From positions 372,001-436,000 of the forward strand of contig CBFFSA010000010.1 in assembly GCA_965644495.1 (NCBI GenBank): a DNA stretch of 64,000 bases. The letters are read 5' to 3'. The stretch is from Perkinsela sp. CCAP 1560/9 (lineage: Eukaryota > Protista > Euglenozoa: Kinetoplastea). This document shows positions 56,765 through 64,000 of this stretch, one piece after another (the stretch's first letter is position 1; each line of letters starts with the position of its first letter). The notes under the pieces were generated by a model that ran no database searches, was not told the origin of the DNA, and saw nothing but the letters and a program-made list of their open reading frames with translations. The position numbers were made by a program, and so were the translations under genes.

Positions 56765-57382
56765 ATGTTTTCTAAAAGCTGTCTACAAACACGTTCGCAG
56801 GACGCGGACGTACCACTGTCTTCAATATCGCGTGCAAGTAAGGTGAGAGGCACATTTCTCCCCCAGGAATATGAACTCGCAAAGTTTATCAGTGATGTTG
56901 AAAATCCACATGAGTCCTGGAGTACTGCCACACCTGCATGTGAGTGGGACAATGTGAAGTGTGATGATGAAGGTGAAGTCATAGATATTTCATGGAGTTA
57001 TCAAGGGCTACTTGGAACATTGCATTGGGAGCATCTACCGCGGTCTGTAAAGTTTTTAGATGTATCTTACAATCAGTTGAGCGGCACCCTAGAGTTTTCT
57101 GCATTACCACCAGGTTTGGAGAAATTGTGGGTACATTATAATTTATTTAGCGGGGAAGTGTATTTCGAACATCTTCCTACCGGAATCTCTGTATTGAATA
57201 TATCGCGTTGTGACTTCAGTGGCTTCGTGGATCTTTCATGTCTTCAGCATTCGTCCCTTGCTAAAGCCGCTTCTGGGTTTGATATACGTAATAATCCCAA
57301 ACTGCAGGGATCAGTCCCTAGAAATATTGTACCCACTAATGCTTGGTGGGGGATTCCCAATTCATGGTTTACGAAAGGATGA
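56765..57382 (+). CDS. LRR-only protein, 205 aa
   Basis: RASKVRGTFLPQEYEL, SWSTATPACEWDNVKC and about 4 LRRs. Confidence 0.9.
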   Translation: MFSKSCLQTRSQDADVPLSSISRASKVRGTFLPQEYELAKFISDVENPHESWSTATPACEWDNVKCDDEGEVIDISWSYQGLLGTLHWEHLPRSVKFLDVSYNQLSGTLEFSALPPGLEKLWVHYNLFSGEVYFEHLPTGISVLNISRCDFSGFVDLSCLQHSSLAKAASGFDIRNNPKLQGSVPRNIVPTNAWWGIPNSWFTKG

Positions 57383-57624
57383 ATGATGTATAGTGCACTT
57401 AGATTATCCTATCCAGCGCACTTTCTCATATTCAGTGCATCAAAAACGCAAAAACTGCAGCCTGTTTGCAGGCGCGAATTTTTTTCTCGTATCGAGTATA
57501 CCAAAAGAAGAAACCAAATTTTGAATTGACACTCTTTTTACTTCAAATTTTGTGATATGACGGAGAAAGTTGTCTGACAATTTCATACGTTCTGATTTTA
57601 AGGAATCATTTTCACTCTAGAGCC

Positions 57625-57990
57625 CAAAATCCAAATCAGTCCGGATTTCCCCGGACGGGCACTGGCAAGCCACACCCTTCACAGACAGATTTGGAAGTTC
57701 CGAGGCAGATGTCCTCTTCCATGTCAGGTGTTATGCGATAAGCGAGAATCGAACTCGCCGTCTAAGCACCATGTACTCCATTCTTGCCATTCGCTCCCTA
57801 CTACCCTTGTGCCCCCCTACCCTAGAGCCCGCTGAAATAGGTTCGGAAATCTTTACGGCTAATTCGAACCCCGCTCATCGTATAATACCCGGCGGCCTCA
57901 CTCTAAGAGGGCTGGGCCGAGATCCGACCAGGCCTGGTACTGGAAGGACTGTCCCGGACCTTCCCCTCAGGGAACCAGCTCCCTCAAGCT
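57625..57990. mobile_element. Two rearranged SINE-B fragments in opposite orientation
   Basis: 57625-57800 (minus) carries the tRNA-like head joined to the 3' end; 57862-57985 (plus) carries the B-box and body. Confidence 0.7.
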
Positions 57991-58344
57991 GTGTGAAGGG
58001 CCTAGCTTATCAGTGACAGTCCGTGGCAATCTTGAATAATTGGGATTCGATTTCGGATATCACAAGGGAGATACCGGTTTTCTTGTGGGAATCTGCCGCA
58101 CTTGCCCTCTTGGTATCTCCCTCGCCCACTTTAGACTGGATATTTTTTAATCCATAAACATTTTCTGAATTAGGATATCATAGTAACGCTGGATGAACAT
58201 CCTAATTGGACGAATATCCTAATTCAGGATATTCCGAATTAGGATGGTGATCCGAAGGATAGTGATCACCGAATTAGGACAGTTCTGAATTAGGATATCT
58301 GACCCTCGTTTAATACTATAGAATAACACTCGTACATCGTGTAA

Positions 58345-59433
58345 ATGACACCGATCAATATCCACGTGCTGAGTAGCATTTTCAAACTGTTACTCTTTTC
58401 TGGCTGCGACACACCAATAACACGGCCATCTAAAGTACATACATCCGTTCTGGCTCCTGAATACAACCTAGCAAGACTTGTAGCCAACCTCTCTAATCCC
58501 GATCCCTCGTGGACTGTGGAGCGAACTGCAATGAATTGGATTGGAGTTCATGTGGATTCAAATCGTAATATCATAGACATCGAATGGTATGAGAGGGGGT
58601 TGCGAGGAAGCCTGAACTTTTCGTTTCTCCCGAGTACACTACGAAGGGGAGCGTTCGAGAGGAACCAGCTCAGCGGTGGGGTTGTACTGGGACAAGTGGA
58701 TATGTTAAGCGAGCTTAGTCTGAGCGGAAATCAACTCAGTGGCCCCTTTCCTCTTAATGATCTTCCCGCAGCATTGACACGACTTTGGGGGCATAAGAAC
58801 CATTTTGCAGGGGTATTGGATTTGACAGCATTGCCCCCACTGATCCAGATTCTATATTTGTATGAAAACGCTCTTTCAGGTACCCTATGTTTTACATCGC
58901 TTCCTGCATCCATTGTAGAACTGGCCCTTGACTGCAACCTTTTCGAAGGATCGCTCGACGTGAGTCATCTCCCATCTTCGCTAAAATCGCTCTCCTTGTA
59001 TAACAACTCTTTTGCCGGATTACTTGATTTTTCAAGGCTGTCTCCACCACTGAAAGGGCTTGCACTTGCTGAAAATAGTTTTGTTGGCGAAGTTGACATT
59101 TCTGTCCTGCCGGATTCCATGAAGTTTGTTTCTTTTTTTAAGAACGACCTTACCGTGTACATAGATATGCGTCGTAAGCCTCATGGCTTATCTTCGATAT
59201 GTGTTTCAAACCCTCCTCGGATGAAAACTGATTTGAGTACTATTCCAACTCGGTTTGCGAAATATGATGCAATTTCCGGTGATTGGTTTGCTTATAACGG
59301 ATCTGTTCCTGGACGCCTCCATCATAGCATCGAAACGATGGAAGAATCCACGCAACTTGCGGATTCTACGTGGTGGAATGCGCTTGATCAGGATGGGTGG
59401 CACTTCATCTCCTTAGGGAAATATGAAGGTTGA
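58345..59433 (+). CDS. LRR protein, 362 aa, long subfamily
   Basis: Paralog of 49973. Confidence 0.92.
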   Translation: MTPINIHVLSSIFKLLLFSGCDTPITRPSKVHTSVLAPEYNLARLVANLSNPDPSWTVERTAMNWIGVHVDSNRNIIDIEWYERGLRGSLNFSFLPSTLRRGAFERNQLSGGVVLGQVDMLSELSLSGNQLSGPFPLNDLPAALTRLWGHKNHFAGVLDLTALPPLIQILYLYENALSGTLCFTSLPASIVELALDCNLFEGSLDVSHLPSSLKSLSLYNNSFAGLLDFSRLSPPLKGLALAENSFVGEVDISVLPDSMKFVSFFKNDLTVYIDMRRKPHGLSSICVSNPPRMKTDLSTIPTRFAKYDAISGDWFAYNGSVPGRLHHSIETMEESTQLADSTWWNALDQDGWHFISLGKYEG

Positions 59434-59739
59434 GGTATTAGAGAATAAAATTAATTTCCTTTCGTGGACGATAATATGCTACGGGTGAGACTACAACAAG
59501 CTTTTCACCATAATAACGGTGGATCAACGCACGAACTGTATACATACCCCCTGTATATCCATGTACTTTGCGTACTGTGTTTATAGTGCGAAAAACTAAA
59601 GCATAATTTTTTTATGCTCTTGATTGAAAAATACGATGAAAATGTAAGGACAATAATTTTAGCGATTTGGACAGTGTGAGTATCTTCTCGTAAGCTTTTG
59701 GAAATATATGTCTTCTGTATAAGATACCCCAACCTCCAC

Positions 59740-60603
59740 ATGCCAGCGCAATCTACCGTAAAAAAGCAGTCCACTGTCCTAAAAAACAGGGGAAACAAAA
59801 GAAAGCTGTCCAAAGATAAGCCAATTTCCTCCAACCCTTCCGTACCATCGCCTGTATCCAATCCCCCGACGCTGGACCCCTCCGAGCCCACTTTACCCGA
59901 CCTTCACACGATCAAACCCTTCCACCTCGGGGAGTACATTACCCAAATCAATGATTCCTTCGAGGACGCCTCGACAATCCTGGCCCGCAACAACGCCTTT
60001 TTGAAATCCTACTCCAAGAAAGAGAATGAACTGTGGCAACAAACTGCCCGTCGTTCCCATCTCACTTCTGGGTCGAAATCCGCAGTGCGTAACAAAACAT
60101 TAGGAAATGTGCAAAACGTAAATTCACTTGCGGTTTCTCCCCCAACCCCAGCATCGGATCAAGAAAACGATTCGCAAAACAGCGACGACGGGTGGCACAC
60201 CGTATCCCGTCGTAAACTCTCACGTAAAGCCTTAAGTCGTAAAGCTTTAGTGAGCGAAACCCCAAAGTCTTTACGGGAGAAAAAAGGAGACATGGAAAAT
60301 ACAACAAAGTCTTCTCCTCCTCGACTCGGGGTGGATAAACTGATAAAAGATAATTTCTATGCCTTCCAAGTCACCAATCGGTGGAAGGAGAAGGCGAGTC
60401 GGATCGCCTCGCGACTCCAGCTCCGTCGGGATGTGTTTGGTCGCCCGATTGGGGTGCTGCCCTCGGATCGAAAGCCTTCGCTGTTATCCCGGGAAGGGAG
60501 GGGCCAAGCGTCGTTTCGGAACAATCTCCGGGCCCAGCATAAACTTCGGCAAGATACGTTCAGGGCTGAGCGGGAAAAGAGGAATTTTCAAAAGAAGGTG
60601 TAG
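59740..60603 (+). CDS. Hypothetical basic, low-complexity protein (possibly a mobile-element ORF)
   Basis: ~287-codon open frame, K/R/S/P-rich; no family recognised. Confidence 0.4.
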   Translation: MPAQSTVKKQSTVLKNRGNKRKLSKDKPISSNPSVPSPVSNPPTLDPSEPTLPDLHTIKPFHLGEYITQINDSFEDASTILARNNAFLKSYSKKENELWQQTARRSHLTSGSKSAVRNKTLGNVQNVNSLAVSPPTPASDQENDSQNSDDGWHTVSRRKLSRKALSRKALVSETPKSLREKKGDMENTTKSSPPRLGVDKLIKDNFYAFQVTNRWKEKASRIASRLQLRRDVFGRPIGVLPSDRKPSLLSREGRGQASFRNNLRAQHKLRQDTFRAEREKRNFQKKV

Positions 60604-61009
60604 AGAAGAGGGCAGGGATCACCGTAGATGTCTCTAGGATTGCCGATGGAAGGTAATGGGCAATAATGGGTACATCTTTGAGAGACGAGAGTTGACGTGA
60701 GTGGATAATGCCGCAGCTACTGTCGTATATTGGAGCTCCACGTCTTTTGTATTTTATATTACTCACATGTAGTATCGAATATTTTGTCTTGTATTGGCTT
60801 CTGTCGTGTATGTATGATAGGGGTGCAATGATTGATCCGCTTTGTAAGCACGTTTCATGGGATCAATTCCGCAGTTTCCTTTTCTAAGCGTACGGTACAA
60901 ACCATAGTAAACTCTTATATTCTTAATACTAAAATCAGTATAATAAAAAGAAGAATAATATTCTTTTTTTCAATATATACATTGGAGGGTTGAAAATCTT
61001 GTTTCGAAT

Positions 61010-64000
61010 GGTTGTGCCGCAAAAGTACTGGAGCTCACATTCTGAAATCGGGGCGACCCGATACCGGAGGCCGGCTGCCTTTTCCAACTCGGCGTCCCGC
61101 ATGTAGTAGGACGGCTTGATCGATTTTGAGATTTCTGAGAATTTGCCACTATAGTGACCTTTAGTGACCGGGATACTGGGAATTAGGCCTCCATCTTGGC
61201 TATGGCGCCATGGATCCTGAAGGCGAAAATTCCCTAGGCGATTCCCTATGGCGAAAGGGATTGGGGTCGTGGTTTGCTTGGTGTCGACTTGATTTACCCT
61301 CCGGGAGCTCATAATGGATGTGCCTCCTCCCAGAGGTTGCTAGTCTTCCCACTTTTCTTTCTCCTCGAAACCGAGAAGTTTCGGGTCTCCCTTTAGGGCC
61401 CGGAAGAGAGCTTACCGCGAGATGCTATTGAAAGCATTTTCAAGGTCTGCAGCCACAATGACAACCTCCGGTCTGTCTCGAAAATGCTGTCGGGCATTCT
61501 GTAAATGCTTAGACGATGTGCTCACACCGTTGAGTATACACGTTGTATTGGGATCCAAACTGTATCCCTTGAAATTGTGGACAATGTGTTTGCAGCCCTG
61601 AGTGTATTGCGCTCCGAATTGGGGAGGAAGGTCCCCCCTGTTGGATGCAGGCGTTCCGCCTGTTCGAGGGCAGCCGTGGCGTTGGCCGGGGGATCTTGCG
61701 GCCGCCCTCGAGAAAGCTCCCGCCCTTACGAGCTCCTCCGCTCGTTTTATTGCTGACATGGGGGATCTATTTTCCGCGGTGGGGGTCGGAGCCAAGGTTT
61801 CCGACCGCTCGAGGTGGGGACGCATACGAAATTCGCGTGCTAGATGTCGTTGTGACAGCGTATCCTCAGGGAAGAAGAGGAAGCGTTTGACTACGAGGAG
61901 GAGGAGGAGGAGGTTCCATGCAATTACGATTCTCTCCTCTTGCGATTTGAAGTGGGAGTTGTGACAAACGCTAGCCACGTACTCCCGCCAGGCGGGGCAT
62001 TGCACCTCATACAAATATATAATTTTCGCAAGGACTCCCTCCCCAATAGCTCCGCCAGACTTTCGGGGAAGGGGGCTTATCCTAGCTCCTCGGTTTGAGC
62101 GACTTGGGTTTGTGGGTTCGCCTCCTATCGGGGGCATACAAATGTATGTCTTGGACTGAGTCTCCGTCCCGGGCCGTAGTGTGGGGAGGGCTGGCGACGT
62201 TGGGCGCGGTCGCAATGCCCTCCAAGATCGTCTCGCTGGCCAGTGGGGTGGCCCGCCCTTGGAGGGGGATTTCTATGGCGGCGTCCCGGGTTGGCTTCAA
62301 TGTAGCCCCTGCGCAGGTTGCACTTGATTATATGGGCGGACCGTCCTGTTTCGCTGATGAGGGATTCGGAAGATAAGAAGCTCCATAAAATCCCGTCCTC
62401 GTATTCCTTGGGCTTCCAAGCTACGGTTAGGATATCGAGAATTCCTATTTGTTTGCTGAGGAAGGCAGGGATAACATGTGCGGCTCCTATGCCCGGCGCT
62501 AAGAGGCTGCCTTGGAATGTACCGTCGTACACTCGTATTGCTTTGGTGTCGATGTATCCTGTGCTGCCTGGTGGTAGGGTCAGGCGTACAGAGATCCTTT
62601 GGGCGCATTTTGTTGTTGTTTTTTCATGCACTTATAGTGCAGAGATTTGCCTCACTACATGTCCTTACCCCGCATACGACGGGTGGATCACGTGAGAGTT
62701 CGCCTTCGCCTGTGGCAAGAGGGTGCAGAGAGCTGGCGTCCCAGGTGCAGAGAGCTCGGTTGTCATGTGCAGGTGCAGAGAGCCGGATGCGTAATCCCCA
62801 TATTACAGTTTCGGGGGCAATCCGGGTGAAGAGAGCTGCGACAGAGCCGAGGTGCGGAGAGCTGGGTGACCGCCAGGTGCGGAGAGCCGGAAGTCGTAGC
62901 GAAGGACACGTCTAGTGGTCCTCAAGGGAGGCCACCGTGACGCATTGCCTCCTCGGAAAGGTAGACACGAGAAAGAAAAGCCGAGAGAGGGAAGCACACT
63001 CACTCCAGGAGAGTGAGTCGGGGAGGGGCGAAGGGTGAAAGGCGCGTCCCCTGCTTCAACGAAAAGAGGGACAGTCCCGACCTTAGTGCCGGGGAGGGGT
63101 GATGGGGTAGAAGCGCGTCCCCTACTTCGCCGAGAAAGAGGAACAGTTTCAGCCTTAGTGCCGGCCGGCAACGGGCATATGAACAGTTAGACTATGCCCG
63201 TTGCCGGGGAAAGAAAGGATGAACAACAAGGTACAGAAACTGTATCTTGTACAGAAACTCTCCCGATCTGTAATGTGGGTCACTTCCCCAGATGTGTCCT
63301 TGAGGAGTAGGCTCTCGTCGGGCACCCCAATGGTATACCCCACGATCCCCAGGATGTCTGAAAAGGAGGTTGAAGCTTCGCAAGGAACTCGAATTCGTCC
63401 GGCCCGTTCGGGGCCAAGGTCTAGGGTAATGAGTATACCTTCGCCCCGTAATCCAGGGGGCTGCCCTCCTCGGGCGCGTAAATTGGCGCGAAGCTATGCG
63501 GGTGTGATCCTGGATCTGGTCCCGGTGTAGGGTTAAAGTGGAAGGCAGGGGTGTGGAAGTGGTGCTGTGGAGGTAGAGAAGTGGTGCTGTGGAGGCCATG
63601 GAGGATTTGCTTCGAGAGTGGGGAATCCTGCTGTAGGGAGTTGCGCTGCCACGAAGAAACATTCTTTGAAGAGGCTCAGGAACTCCGACCAGCCTTCTCG
63701 TTTGAGGGCGTAGGCGCCCCGGGCATGACTTCCCAAAAGTTCGTACAATGCTTTCCGAGTGCGCTTCGGGGCGTGTACGTTTAGGATGTGGGCCTGCAGG
63801 CCTATGAGGTGTTGATGTGCGGCTCCCCAGAATGTCTGAAAAAGAGGTTAATGCGTCACATGCAGACCAGTTGGGTAGCCGTTGGGGCTTTCCCTAACGC
63901 GGCCTCACAGAGGTTGCGTGGGGCTGCTCGTTGGCTTACATGCCCTGGGGTCGGCCCTGTAGGGCGTTCTTCACCTTGGCCTGCATGCCCTCGGCCTTGT
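61010..64000 (-). mobile_element. Decayed CRE-like LINE (N-terminus to partial RT)
   Basis: AIKRAEELVRAGAFSRAA, PPQFGAQYTQGC, AADLENAFNSISR, PWRHSQDGGL; homologous to 22560-24350. Confidence 0.75.
62610..63260 (-). mobile_element. SINE-A, full-length copy beginning with SL relic (63224-63248)
   Basis: gagtttctgtac-aagatacagtttctgtaccttgttg-ttcatcc...; ends aaatctctgcactataagtgcatga-aaaaacaacaac. Confidence 0.92.

Noticed and set aside
63035-63170. Hammerhead, HDV-like (Pr77) or twister ribozyme in the SINE head
   Set aside because: I could not find the conserved catalytic cores or pseudoknots by eye; only simple hairpins are supported.
3005-63260. Strict site-specificity of the RLE family for LRR genes
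   Set aside because: Copies at 3.0-3.9 kb, 22 kb, 26 kb and 63 kb are outside LRR genes, and the three LRR junctions differ by several nucleotides. Only a bias is claimed.

Overview
Eukaryotic, intron-less, repeat-rich window, most likely from a kinetoplastid/euglenozoan. The evidence is four relics of a kinetoplastid-type spliced-leader (SL) exon, CRE-like and TATE-like elements, and all cellular genes lying on the + strand. The backbone is an array of about 10 intact and about 6 broken genes for small LRR-only proteins (24-aa repeats, shared KVxGxxxPQEY..W....C.W.G..C N-cap). There are also two GC-rich genes, one a likely mitoribosomal mS41/Fyv4. The rest is mobile DNA: RLE-type (HERO/NeSL-like) LINEs, CRE-like LINE remnants, SINEs, TATE tyrosine-recombinase remnants, Tc1/pogo elements and MITEs, and a Merlin remnant. 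The main finding is a LINE/SINE family whose genomic copies begin with the 3' part of the SL exon. One SINE copy has the SL joined exactly at an AG acceptor that a sister copy still retains, indicating mobilisation through trans-spliced RNA. The family shares a 3' stem-loop, and its ORF carries 4-6 Mer3/HFM1-like Cys/His motifs. Three insertions fall in the LxxLxLxxN codons of LRR genes, and the LRR paralogs look like mosaics with constant ends and variable cores. All calls were made by eye; no database search was run.
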